The notes under the pieces are model-generated. The model saw nothing but the letters and a program-made list of their open reading frames with translations. It was not told the origin of the DNA and searched no databases. A DNA stretch of 64,000 nucleotides from Paraspadella gotoi (taxonomy: Eukaryota > Animalia > Chaetognatha), in the NCBI GenBank assembly GCA_051294375.1, contig JBJCIZ010001674.1, forward strand, positions 56,123 to 120,122. The letters run 5' to 3'. Each line of letters starts with the position of its first letter. Positions within the stretch are counted from its first letter, which is position 1. The position numbers and the translations under genes are program-made. Positions 12,939 through 26,700 of the stretch are shown in pieces.

Positions 12939-14812
12939 TTAATGGCGACTTTGACACCTGATGAAAATATTTGCTCCTTCTTTTTCTTTTTTCTTCTTCT
13001 TCGTCAGTCGTCAGTCGTCGTCGTCGTCGTCGTCGTCGTCGTCTCGCATGTCATTTTGACGAAAAAACATTTTTTCATCTAGAAGCAAAAGTTTTTTTTC
13101 GGTTCGACGAGAAATGGAAACCTCGGAACTGCCCGAACGTTGGCGCCATCCACTGTAATCGGTTTTTCGTGAACAAAGCGAAGACTAAAGAGCGTTCTAC
13201 GTCATGGCTCTCGTCGTCGTCGATGTCGTCGTCGTCGTAGAACCTCATTTCGGTCTATGATCTGGTTATCACCCGTTACCTTAGCTTCTTAAACGTGATT
13301 TCGTCAAAACAATGGAGGTCGTTATAAACATTAAAACTGCAGTTTTTTTTCTTAAAGAGAAACCTGAAGATATTATTCCTAGTCTCAAAATTTCTTTTTT
13401 TTTTTTTTTTGAAAACGGGTGGTTATTAGAGGGAGAAAAGGTGATTATAAAGAGAAAGAGAGAAAGAAAGGGAGAGGGAGAGAGAGAGACACAGAGAGAA
13501 AGAGAGAGAAACAGAGAGAGAGAGGGGGGAGAAAGAGACTGATTAAGAGAGAGAAAGAGAAAGAAAGAAAGAACCTGAAAAAAAGCGAGAGAGAAAATGA
13601 GAGAGAAAGTCAGCGTGAGAAAGAAACGAAGAGAGAGATAGAGTAGATATTTCGCTCCGCGCTAAGAAAAAAATCCGAAAGAACGAAGCGGTATCTGATA
13701 ATTTTGGTTCCTAGCAATTTTTGTACTCGTAGCGCAGTAAATATTACAAAACCATGGATGGTTTTTGAAACTACAGCGTTTGGGCTATCCAACGGCGCTA
13801 GAACAAAAAAAAAATCCATAAAGGTCTTGTGCAAAAAATATTAAAAAGAAAACATGGTTTTCAATCGGATTTCTTTTTAAAATTTTTATATTTAGCGGTT
13901 TTTACTGTAGAAGTCAAATATATTTGCAGCTGTCTTGTACTGATTTCGATGCTGTTGGGTTTAGGCTATCTTTCAAGCACATAACTAAAAAATAAAATTA
14001 CTGTCATTGTATGAAATAATAGCAATGAGTCCAAAATTTTCTATCAAATTTTTTGTCATTTATGTTTCTTACTGTTTTTGCCAAACATGCTCTTTAAAAT
14101 TAATAAAATAATGATTAACTAATGAAACTACAATGTTTTAGGTACATTTCGTAGCCGGAACAAAGAAAATTCATTGACATTATAGAATCAATATGAAGCC
14201 TTGAAATATCTTATTTTCTTTGTAATTTACCTACTTGATCTTGTACTCAAATAACCTAATTTTTCTCGGCCACGAATTCGAAGGTTAGTGAGGTTAAAAT
14301 AACATGTATTAGTATCAATTAAAAAGCACGAAATAAACGTATTGAAAATCGATTAAAAACAATGTAAAAACAATTAAAAAATCGTGCGTCGCAATAATAA
14401 TTAAACCTCTACTAGGTTTGAAAACGGTTGGCCTTCCGTTCTACAAGATCAAATGCGACTCAATAATACTACGACCAACGCGTTTCCTCAATGGCTGTAG
14501 AATTTTTTCTCAATATCTCTCGACGGTTATTGATCGAGGCTCGCCAATCCAGGACCGCAGGAAAACGCTTGCATTTAGCGATCCAAAACGCGAAGGGGAA
14601 CCGCGCGGCCCAACAAAGATACACCCCCTCCCGCAAGCACGCCTTGCGGAGCCGCGCTGGACGTCCATGTGACTGAATCTTCATCTGACCTGAAAATGGA
14701 TAAAGCGGCCCAACCTTACCGTCTCCGAGACCCGTCCTGTTGCCGATCACAGCAACCGGACAGGGAGAGAGAAGGAGAGCAAAGGTGGATCCAGAAAGGC
14801 TTCAAGTTTAGT

Positions 14813-14954
14813 TTAGGCGAAATCGCCATAACTAGAACGCTAGATGTAGTTCAGTGCGAAATCGCCAAATCGTGACTTCGCCATGACGCGCTTGCCATTT
14901 GGCGGTTTAGCTGTGAACTACATCTAGCGTTCTAGTTATGGCGATTTCGCCTAA
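14813..14954. mobile_element. MITE / foldback element, ~140 bp
   Basis: ~40-bp perfect inverted repeats TTAGGCGAAATCGCCATAACTAGAACGCTAGATGTAGTTCA / TGAACTACATCTAGCGTTCTAGTTATGGCGATTTCGCCTAA; TA flanks GGCG...CGCC. Confidence 0.8.
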
Positions 14955-14970
14955 CTAAAATCAGATTAGG

Positions 14971-16447
14971 TAGAGATGAGCATCGTTCGAAATCGAAGTC
15001 CGATCAAGATTCCTTTATATTTCACTTGTATTCAAAACTGCATAGTCAAGGCCAAAACAAATTATGTCAATATGGGCAGATTTCGAAAGCTTGGCGTCTT
15101 GGGAAGCCAATGGAGGTAGAGCGCGATCGAAGATTCCCCATTTTATCATGCCCCAAAATGGTATTTAAATGGACTGGTCAGGTCGTTTTTTCCCTATCCA
15201 AAAACCTCTGGCTCTTGAGTAAAAAAGACCAATCATACATATTAGTACAGTTTCGAAACCTTATTGTCTTCTCTACATGAGAAAAAAAGCTAAATTAAAA
15301 TTCTTGCAATCTTAATTGTTATAAAGCAATCAAATGAACTGGTTTTTTAGGTGAAAACTGCATAGTCAGCTTCATTTTTTTCAATTTTGAACACAATTGA
15401 ACAGAAACTGTATTGATTTTACTATTCAAATCAGGTAGAGCGCGGGCTTAATTCAAAAGCGTTTTCTCATATAATGCAAATTTTAAAAAAAGTCCAATAA
15501 AAACTTATTAAAAACAAAAAAATCGTCGCACAGTGTTGCTTGTGAGTCCCAAATGCTAGAAAAATAAATTTTAATAAAATTTTTTAATATTATTATATAA
15601 TATATAAAAAAATTTATATAAATATAATTATAGTATTTAAAAATAAATTTTTTTATTCAATTGAGAAAGGTAGTACTATATATTAAAAAGTTATATGTAT
15701 TAAAAATATATTTTATAATAAAATTAGTTAATTTTTTTAAAACTGGCAAGTTTTTTTATCATGGTAATGATTAAAAATATAAGATAAATAAATTTTAATT
15801 TAATAAAATATAATAATCATATAAATATATATAAATCCAAAAAATTAATTTTTTTATTTATAATAAAATAATAAAAACAATAATGAATAAAATAATATAA
15901 TAAAAAATATCATATTTATTTTTAATTATTTTTTTAATTATAATTATTATTTTTATTATTATTATTATATTATATTTATCATTATTATATTTATTATTAT
16001 TATATAATCTGATAATAATATATATTCTTATTATAACAATAATTTTATTTTATTTATTTAAAATTATAAAAACATTTGTTTAATTATTTAAAAATTTAAA
16101 TAAATTTTAAAAAATTATTTTATAAATAATTAATATAAGTAAAATTTTACTGAAACGGGATTTTTCTGAAAATATCAGCACAGGATCTCACTGGTTCGCC
16201 GTTCTAAAGCATTAGTACTTACGTCATAATACTAATGCTTTGTTGATCCCAAACGATGCTCGATTAAAGGAAAGTTTGATCGGTTTGAAGAGCCGATTAT
16301 TTGCGATTTGCTTTTTGGCGATACTTTGAACGGATTGTCGGATTATGATGAATTATGCATGTAATAATGTTTGCAATTGTCTATCGAACGCTACACCAAT
16401 TTTGATATAAAACAATCAGTGTTTAAGAAACGGAATGCTCATCACCC
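14971..16447. mobile_element. Non-autonomous DNA transposon (hAT-like TIRs) with 9-bp TSD
   Basis: Ends TAGAGATGAGCATC / AATGCTCATCACCC flanked by CAGATTAGG (14962-14970, 16448-16456); the right-hand ~250 bp recur in reverse complement at ~19297-19550 and ~20517-20760. Confidence 0.6.
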
Positions 16448-16451
16448 CAGA

Positions 16452-16850
16452 TTAGGGTTAGTGTTAGGGTTGAAATGGTTTAGGGTAGGGTTGAGTTGGT
16501 TTAGGGTTAGTTGGTAGTAGTTAGGGGTTAGGGTTTAGGGAAGGTACTCGGCAAGGGACATTAAGGGATTAGGGTTGAGGCCACGGAGATGTACGGGAGC
16601 CTGGGCCCGGTTTGTAGGTTAGGGTTGGGAGAGAGCCCGTAGGTTATATATCAAAGCGTTAGGTTTAGGATTGAGTACGGAGATGTACGAGAGGCTGAGC
16701 CTGGGTTAGGGTAGGGGAGAGGCATGGAGTTGAACGGGAGGCTCGTGTAAGGTTAGGGTTGGGGGAGGGGCCCATGGTGACATATCGAAGGCGGTTTAGG
16801 GTTTAGGGTTTAATGTGAGAGCTGGGTTTAGGGTTAGGTTTGGAGAGGAG
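16452..16850 (+). repeat. Interstitial telomere-like (TTAGGG-containing) composite satellite
   Basis: TTAGGG/TTTAGGG blocks separated by spacers (CGGAGATGTACGGGAG, GGCATGGAGTTGAACGGGAGG) shared with 61535-62333. Confidence 0.85.
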
Positions 16851-17134
16851 CAACCTTCAGCTAAAAAAATGTTTATAGATAAAAGAAAAATTAATAGCTT
16901 ACAGGATGAATGCGGAAGGGGGAAAGAGCGATTGATCTGAAAAGTTTCAATCTTTTATGGCCTTTTGATTACTATTGATTATTATTGATTACCAAATTGA
17001 TTACCTCTTGATTAACAAATCTGGATGCTGTTAGGGCATCGCGATAGATAAGTATGGTCAGTCTTGGTCAGTATGTCTGTTTGTCAGTCTGTCCCACTAA
17101 TATCATCAATTAAGAGAAAAGGAGGGTCACGCCT

Positions 17135-17165
<31 letters not shown>

Positions 17166-18354
17166 ATAGACAATAGACAATATTAATTACTTGCGGCTTT
17201 AGGCACCTTGAGGGCCTTTAAAAGCTACCTATTTCTCAAGAATATTTACAAATTGTAATTGACTTTGAAAGAGAGAGAGAGAGCTAGCTTAAGTTACAAA
17301 TTTGAGTGGAACCAAAAAGAAAATTTAACGAACGCAGATTTGTTTTAAAAATTGGGCGTGGAAATGACCGTTTTAAGTGGATTGTTTTTATACGCTTGGA
17401 TCGATTGATTTGATATTGACATCATTTCCTATCAGCAAATGCAAAAATATTTAAAATAACTTATAAACACCCAGGTAACTTCCCTATCTAGATAGAGATA
17501 GAGAAAAATAAAGAGGAGAAAGTCAGCGGGAGAGTGAAAAAAAAGAAAGAGAGAGAGAGAGAGTAAAAGAGAGTGATAAAGAGTCACAGAGAGAGAGTTA
17601 GAAAGAGTGTGAGAGAGAGAGAGACTCTTACCCATTAAAATGAAAATTTCCTGAGGGGAAATGACTTTTTTTCCCTTAACCCACCTTTCCTCTACTGAAG
17701 GAGAAAAAAAGTAAGTCTTCGGACATTATTTCTAATCTGTTTTTTCTCGTCTTCGTCTCCTCACTTTATATCCATTTCCATTCCTTCTTTCGCACTGCGT
17801 CGCACTTGGGACCTATAATTCGTAGAGTTCAAAATATGTTACCATCCTTAGGAGTCTACGTCGTTCTTAGAGATCGAGGAAGACTTTTCAATGGAGATTT
17901 TCGTTCAAATCTGACTACCAAATAATATAAACGCTCCTGGTAAAAATTCTGGTAAAATATTGATGTAAAAACAACTGATCCGATTCTGTTGCTCTGAAGG
18001 GCTAGCAATTTTTTTCTCTTGTCAAATCATCAACATCTTGATATCAAACAAGCCAGAACAAATAGACTGCTTCTGAAACGGAAAAATTTTCCATCCTCTG
18101 ATTTATATAGAAATGAAGGGATTTTTTTCTTAAAAACGATATAAACGTGACTGAGGTATGTTCCTGTTTAACAAATGAGGTCCAATTTTGGAATCCTTGG
18201 AAAGTGTCTGAAGGGCTCTCAAAATTTTCTTTACATTTTATAGGTTATTTGATCTGATACTGATATGGTAAAGTGGAATTAGTTCATTTTGGTGAAATTT
18301 TATTTAAAAGTAAATTAAAAGAGGAGCTAACGAGTCGAATTTCTAAGAGTTTTC

Positions 18355-20790
18355 ACCGGGAGTCAGATTCGGGAAAAATCTTCTATGGTGAAATCTTCCA
18401 AAGAAGGGGTGAATTTTCCAAAGATTTTGGTTAATATTTTCTAAATTTATAGCTATATTCTTGGCACTTTATGATACATTTTCAATTTTTTTTAAATCTT
18501 AGTAAATAACTGAATATATAGCATGGATTGAATTAAAAATTATTCAAAAAATGTTTTACTGTATCGGAGTTTTCAAAAATTAGCTAAAAAACTATATGGA
18601 AACATGCGGAAACATGATCATTCTTATTTAATTTAATGATTTATTTTATAACGCACATGATATATTCGGGAGATCTTCCGCAAACTTCCGCTTCATAAGT
18701 AAATACCAAAATGATTTTCAAAATTATTTATTTTACACCAATTCCATAACACTAATTTATAAAGTAAATTTCGTTTTTAAGAGCAATTTTCAACTGATTG
18801 GCAAGCTAAATGTTGAACCACAATAACGACCTATGTAATTGTCAGTTATGTCTTGTATTTTAAAAATAAAAGAATTGATACAATAAAAAGAGCAACCATT
18901 CATTGAGAAAGACAGAGCATGGTGCTAAGGATTGAGGAATGACCGGGAAATGGATCGGGCAAATGAGGCAAGCCATGCGGACATTGGCAAAAGATCAAGC
19001 TTAGTATTTGGTGATGGAACTCACGATGGGATTTGTGATAGAACGAATAAACATTGGAAAAAAGAATCTTGTTTTTTTTTTTTTAATTTTAAAATTACGG
19101 GCTTTAAAGATCAATCTTGCCATTTAAAAAAAATTTAAAACGTTTTTGGGTAACGAAAAGGACAAAAACTATATAATTTAAACTCTCATTTATTATTTAA
19201 ACTCTATTCCAAAACCTCCTTATTCAGAAAATCAAAATCTTTTTCATTAATAGTTTACTTGATAAAATAATTTACTCGTTAAATCCACATTAGTATGGGG
19301 ATGAGCATCGTTTCTAAACCATTAAGTATTTTACCATGAATTGGGCACCGATCGATAGGAAATTTGGAATATTGCAAAATTTTATCAAAATCGGATAATC
19401 CGTTGAAAAGTTATGACAAAAAAGCGATCGCAAAAATCGCACTTCAAAGCGATCAACTTTTGCTTAAAATTTAACTCATTTTGATCCAACAAGGATTTGT
19501 TTTAAGCTTTAGATCGGCGATTCTGATTAGGTGCGATCCGGGCCTCATAAGAAGTAATTAAATAAACGAAACCTCAACCGGGAGTCAGATTTCGGGAAAA
19601 ATCTTCTATGGTGAAATCTTCCAAAGAAGGGGTAATTTTCCAAAGATTTTGGTTTAATATTTTGCTGAAATTTGTAGCTATATTCTTGGCACTTTATGAA
19701 TACATTTTCAATTTTTTTTAAATCTTAGTAAATAACTGAATATATAGCATGGATTGAATTAAAAATTATTCAAAAAATGTTTAGTACGTCGGAGTTTTCA
19801 AATTAGCTAAAAAACTATATGAAACATGCGGAAACATGATCATTCTTATTAATTTAATGATTTATTTATAACGCACATGATATATTCCGGGAGATCTTCC
19901 GCAAACTTCCGCTTCATAAGTAAATACCAAAATGATTTTCAAATTATTTATTTTACACCAATTCCATAACACTAATTTATAAATAAATTTCGTTTTTAAG
20001 AGCAATTTTCAACTGATTGGCAAGCTTAAATGTTGAACACAATAACGACCTATGTAAATGTCAGTTATGTCTTGTATTTTAAAAATAAAAGAATTGATAC
20101 AATAAAAAGGAGCAACCATTCATTGACAAAGACAGAGCATGGTGCTAAGGATTGAGGAATGACCGGGAAATGGATCGGCAAATGGGCAAGCCATGCGGAC
20201 AGTTGGCAAAAGATCAAGCTTAGATATTTGGTGATGGAACTCACGATGGGATTTGTATAGAACGAATAAACATTGGGAAAAAGAATCTTGTTTTTTTTTT
20301 TTTTTATTTTAAAATTACGGGCTTTAAGATCAATCTTGCATTTAAAAAAAATTTAAAACGTTTTTGGGTAAACGAAAAGGACAAAAAAAACTATATTAAT
20401 TAAAATCTCATTTATTATTTAAACTCTATTCCAAAACCTCCTTATTCAGAAAATCAAAATCTTTTTCCATTAATATTACTTGATAAAATAATTTACTCGT
20501 TAATCCACATTAGTATGGGATGAGCATCGTTTCTAACCACTAAGTATTTTACCATGAATTGGGCACCGATCGATAGGAAATTTGGATATTGCAAATTTTA
20601 TCAAAATCAGGATAATCCGTGAAAGTTATGACAAAAAACGTCGCAAAAATCGCACTTCAAGAGCGATCAACTTTGCTTAAAATTTAACTCATTTTGATCC
20701 AACAAGGAGATTGTGTTTTAAGCTTTAGATCGCGATTCTGTTAGGCTGCATGATCCGGCCTCATAAGAAGTTAATTAAATAACGAAACAG
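18355..20790. repeat. ~1.22-kb near-identical tandem duplication ending in an N-gap
   Basis: Units start ACCGGGAGTCAGATT at 18355 and 19577; differences are mostly 1-bp indels. Confidence 0.9.
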
Positions 20791-23700
20791 GNNNNNNNNN
20801 NNNNNNNNNNNNNNNNAAAATATAGAATTCTAATGAATATAAGTTATAAAAATACTGTAATTATGATAGAATATCAAAGAGAAAAGATAAGAGAGCAAAA
20901 GATAGGAACCGGAAGTGTTTAGTGAGATATTTATTTTTCTATTTACCAAAAAAACATAGGGAATTCGAAACAAAAAAGAAGACATTTTAAAAAAATTACT
21001 GTATAAAACATATTGAAAGATAAGACTTGATCTTTGGAAAGCAAAATACAGAAACATAATTCTAACTGTTATGCAAAAAAATACTATTTTAAATCACAAT
21101 TATCTAGTATTATTTTTAAAGTTTACATTTGTTTGTACCACAGTATCAAGAAAACAAATTTTGGGGTAAAAACCTAACGTAACATATGATGCTGAAGCCT
21201 TTGCTTAACCTTTATCACCATCTTTTAAACCTTGAAAATGAGTCCCCTGATGTCACGGCCAATAATACGTCGATAATTTTTTTTACAAAAGTTATTTATT
21301 CTATATCATCATTTAAAATTGATCTATGAGTATAAAATTGGTGTAATCTTTTCCCTATTATGTTAAGAATCTATATATGTTTTCTAGACTCTGGTATATT
21401 CCATAATCCATTGTTTAGTAGATTTGTCTCATATTTTCATTTATTGTTTAATTAAATATCTTTATTTTGACAAAATATTTTTTCAAAGTTTTAACATGCA
21501 AATACAGATACATTTTTTCGCAACATTTAATGAAATTTTGAAAGAAATTGATTAAGTGATTGGGTAATGGGACGACATTACATTTTTTTATCCACATTTT
21601 AACACTTTTTCACGCTACTCATGATATTTTCAAGTTGCAAGAATTAAAACCGAAAAAAAATCGACGGAGATTGTATAGAAATTAAAAGGCGGAGGAAAGG
21701 GAGGAGAGGAGATCAAACGTGGCGTAGCGTAGCGCCATTTTTAGCTCCACACTATTAATTAATTTTTCGTCATTTTTCCAAGATTCTAGGTGCTATTAAT
21801 TAAAAACGGATTAACTTTTAGAAAAAATAAAATTATATCGTGAATCAGCTAATCAGGGGCTACATAATGCAATAAAAATATAATTTAATTTTATTATTTA
21901 TAATAAAGTACTATTTTAGATCAATATGTAAAAATTCTATTTTCTACCATCAAGTTATATTAAAACCTTAAACATGATTTTTTTTAAATGTTCATGAAGT
22001 TTACTATTTAGTAGTATAATGTTTTTTAAAAATATCAATGAATAAAAACAATTAGGAGATAATTGTAAAATTCACTACTTTATGCAAATTAAACTTTATT
22101 ATCCAAAGGATTTTTTTTATATTTTATCAGCATATAGAACAACCATAAGGGGTCTTATATGTATAAAATAAAGTCAATCCATGCTGTAATTTAAGCATGA
22201 GACACATTTAAAATTTCGTTCAAAAAAGATGCCTTCTGCCAAAATTTTTTTAGAAGTACTCCAAAAGCTTATGGGCAACAAACCTAACTGTGCTCCATCT
22301 TTTATGGGCATTTTAAGCTCATTTTAAATCATGACTCAAGAGTTATCAGACCCCTAAACTTGTGTAGCTTTTCCCAGACGCCGCCCGTACTTATGTTGGT
22401 GGAGAGAATAGACTTGCTTCAGTGAATTTTATTTGTAAACTGAAAGATAAAATTTGCTCGTCGTTAGAAATGCTTATCATCCGGTGGAAGAGACTTATCT
22501 GATGTGGCGAGGCACGCCGATAGCCTTGAAACCAATCGCGCGCGAAGGCCGACCGTCAATTGCGTCGATTTGCAATCGTCGGAGCAGATGACGTTTCCAC
22601 CATCGAAGTTGGGCGGCAGGGCGGCAAAGCAGCGTTCAGGGCGGCCGTCGTGGGCGTGGTAATGGCGAGTGGCGGACGAGGACGTTGGTCGCGCGAATTG
22701 TGCGATGACTCAAAGTCGAACCGGACGTTTTCTCTTTAAGTCTCTATAGAGCTCCCTCCTCCACGTCGTTGTTACAATTGTCTGAAAGTGCATGAAAATT
22801 TGGATCATGTAAAGGAAACCATGTTTATTTGTCGGAGAGTTGGCCAGCATTTCTCCATCAGCTGTCCCAAAGCGCCCAAGAGTAAATCCGAATTTGAGAG
22901 TGTAATGAAGGACGCAAAAGGGAGAAGAATGCATGATGGGGCGCGGTCGAAATCTCGTCAGAGGCTCAGTCATGATGTCGACTGCGCCGTCAAGGCGGCG
23001 TCTTTGGATTCTACAAACATGGAAACGAGTTTCGGAACGGTTATTGATAAAACTGATTCAGAATTTTACGGCACATTTTCGTTCACGTCATCAAATTTTT
23101 CAACTGATTTTTCGTCAAATTTTTTGCAAAAGCATCAACTTCTGCACCGCTACACCATCAGAACCTGCCTTTTCTCCCATCAACTCACCTTCATGGATCA
23201 GCATTCTTGCTACTTTTGTTGGTGGAGAGAATAACTTGGAGCTAAGTACCACATCAGTGCTTAGTGAATGGCCTTCAAGTGGATTGTCATCATACTGGAA
23301 CAGAATCAGCATATNNNNNNNNNNNNNNNNNNNNNNNNNGGAATGGCCTACAAGTGGATTCGCATCATCGATACTGGACGGCCTGACTCCGCATAATCCC
23401 CCCAGAGAAGCTTGGTCGATGCAAAAGATTGCCTGAGAGCCGAAAACACTTGATGTCGCTATAGGTGTTCATAGTCGGGCTTCTCGCGGGCCACTGACAC
23501 ATGAAACACATATCACCAAGATCATGAGCAAATCTACTTTTTTAGTCGGATCTGCTTTATCAGCAAATCGCGAAACTCTATAGACGCCCACACCAGCATA
23601 CCAGCAATTTTAAGACATTTTAAGAAATTCGGCCGAGCCTTTCGTTCAAACCGACTCACCATGCCCGCCGCTCGAAACCGGTCGACCCACCCAACATCCA

Positions 23701-26700
23701 CTCCATTTCCGCCTAACAATTCTCAATTTTACCTCAACCCCCGCCGGCCTACCCACGAACTTTCGAACCCCGTTGCATCAAGACAGAATATTTTTCGCAT
23801 GCACAGCTGCGATCACGACTAACACCCCTCCGCACAGCCACGGATCTTTTATAGCCCCAACCCTCCTTGAATTTAGATTTCGTGTACCACCAGATCGAAA
23901 AATCGTACGATTTACATACCGGCGTCACAAGGAGCCGCCCCTGAACAACACTAACACACCACAATAGAACACAAGGCAACAAACATAATCACAAGCGGTT
24001 CTCCAGACTTTTTTACTTTGTCGGTGTGGTCGTTATGTCGGGCCATTAACTTTATCATGTCAGAATCAAAATTATGATAATTATGCAAAAAACAATAAAT
24101 GTCCGTCCGCTCCGCGTCCGTCGGTCTGTCCGTCCCGTCCAATCCGGTCCGCTCTGTTCCGGTCTGTCCGTGTCATCCGTCTCCGCCGTGTCCGTGTCCG
24201 CCGTGCGTCCGTCCCTCCCGTCCGGTCCGTCCTCCCGTCCTCGTCCGCTCCGTCCGTCGGTCCCACCCTTAGCATACAAACCAATTATAAGCTCGGATTG
24301 GAATGGATGGATTGAATAAATTTTGTGTGTGGGTATAAATGTGTGATTGAGCTTCATATGAACAGTTCGATCCTCGAATTGCAAGGAACCTTCGATTGTT
24401 TAATGAAAATCGCAATAAAAATGATTTTTCGCTTACGATTTTTTTCGTTACCCGAATTCCGAACGAAATAAAAAAAAATTTAAAATCTTTTAAAAATCGG
24501 ATTTTGTTCTTTTGTTAGAAGTTTTCCGATCATTACATAATTCAATTATACTTTTACTAATGAGAAAATATTTCTTTAAAAAAAACTGTATATGAACATT
24601 GGTAGCAACTAATATAAAATTTATACCATTCATTTAACTAATTAGCTATCTTGCCATTACTATTGACAGGTTTTGGTGGAGGCACTCCATCATCTTACAA
24701 CGATAATGGCAGGTCTCTTGCAAGCTAGTTTAATGAAAGACTCCACAGTCTGGTTTATACAAGCTCCCAGAGTTACTGGCTTCATTATCCAAGGAACGTC
24801 CGAATAATGTCTTCAAAGAATATTTAACAATTCAAATTGCACATAGAACTTTCAAATAGGTTCATCGCTTTTGCTTTGTACAGTCGCTATGCCTATGGTT
24901 AACAATAATTATTTTAGTTTACTATGTAATGGCAAAAAAATTATAACTTATTAGATTTATCAATAACTTTTTAGCCACACTACGAATAAGTAAGACGAAT
25001 AATTAAAGTGAAGAATCAATTATAATGAACCAAAATATTTTTGAACAATTTAAATGTCAAATATCAAAAGTAAACAGAAGCCGGCAGAGACGACGCTCCA
25101 GGAAGATTGGCAAACGCGCGTCTTTAGAGTGCGAAGAGAAACCGGTGCAGCGGCACCCAAAATCCAAACCAAAGAGCGAGCCAGGTCGCGGCTTTACTTA
25201 CAGTGAACGAATGAGAGGTGGCCTGAATCCAAGCCGAAGAGAGACACGTCTCTGACGGGCGATGGGCCGCAGAAAAAAGAGAGCCGTTGGAACAAGGAAC
25301 TCGGCGAGACTGGAAGTTGTTGACGAGTCCGAGATGCGCAGTGATGAGGCTGCAAACCAAGGAGAAAATGAGCCAACGTGAACAAATTACTTACTTTCTT
25401 CTTAAAATCTTTTTAAACAAGTTTCAGCAAACAATGTCGATCTGCAAAGTTAAGAAAAAGATTGCATTAAAAAAATGATACAGTTGAAAAAATGATGCGA
25501 ATTCTTAAAAATGCATGCGCAAAATTGAAAAAATGATATGAGTTGAAAGAACATGATGTGAGGGTGAAAAGATGACTGCGAGTTAAAATAAGATTTTAAA
25601 ACTTGTGATTTATCATTGATTAGCTGATTACCGCTTAATATCGTAAGCAAAGATCCGACGATTGTTGCTCAAACTCTGTTTTTTGATATACCAAGTTCAC
25701 TAATCATAATTTTAATCAAAACTGACCTTAAACAATGAAAGCGCAAAAAAATTATAATAAAGTCTTTGGTCGAGTTGACGAGTATGAATAACAAGTCGGG
25801 CTCCACTCTCAATTCCCATATTTTACACTGCATACTTTATATCTTAAAAAATGATAATTTCAATCTAAAGGTAAATGTTTTTGTCAATCAAAACGTTTCC
25901 ATTAACATATCTACAAATAAAACTGAAAAGATATTCCAAAAACAATAATTTGTTGAAGTTGAAACTCAGTAGTTATTTTTTCAATGTTTTGGAAATCTGT
26001 TCTTTGACGGATTCGTTGATGCAGGACCAAAGAAAAATAAACAAACACGACAAAAACGATTTCGGACGCGGGTAAAGATCTTTTCGATTCGATAAACGAT
26101 CTTCGTTAAAACGTAACGAGGTTTTTTGTTTATTGAGATGCGATGGAATCGTTCGAGTGGTCAAATGAGTCTAAATCGAAAAAACACAAAAAAATAATAT
26201 TACCTATGTTTGAACAGCCATTGCTCATGCGTAGGAGGGTACTGATTGACTCGGAACTTGTATTCGTGGTGAGAAGTGTCGTGACTTGAACAGGAAATCA
26301 AGTTTCGATGGAATAGTTTGAGTGGAAATGAGTTTAAATGGAAAAAACAAAAACCTGTTTCACTAATTGATTATGCTTCTTTTTCCTTTTAATATAATGT
26401 ATATGCAGGAATGTATAATAAATCAAATAATTCAATCAGTGTAATTAATCAATTAGTAAATAAAATTAATCAATAATTAAATTAATTAGTCAATCAATCC
26501 GTCCATCCGTCCCACCTAGAAAAAGCCTCCAATAACTCGTGATTGGCTGGTTGGATTGGAATTAATTTTGTGGGTGGTAGAAGTGTGTGATAAAGCTGGA
26601 TATAAAGTTTCATTGGAATCGTGTGAAGTGAAATTAGTTTAAATTGAAAAAAATAAGTCGCATGTACTAAATATCTTTCTTATTTATAAACCAATAAATA

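Noticed and set aside
20830-21420. Hydrophobic minus-strand ORF suggestive of a GPCR or membrane-protein remnant (also ~18900-19060)
   Set aside because: AT-rich DNA yields F/L/I/Y-rich frames by chance; no diagnostic motif and many stops.
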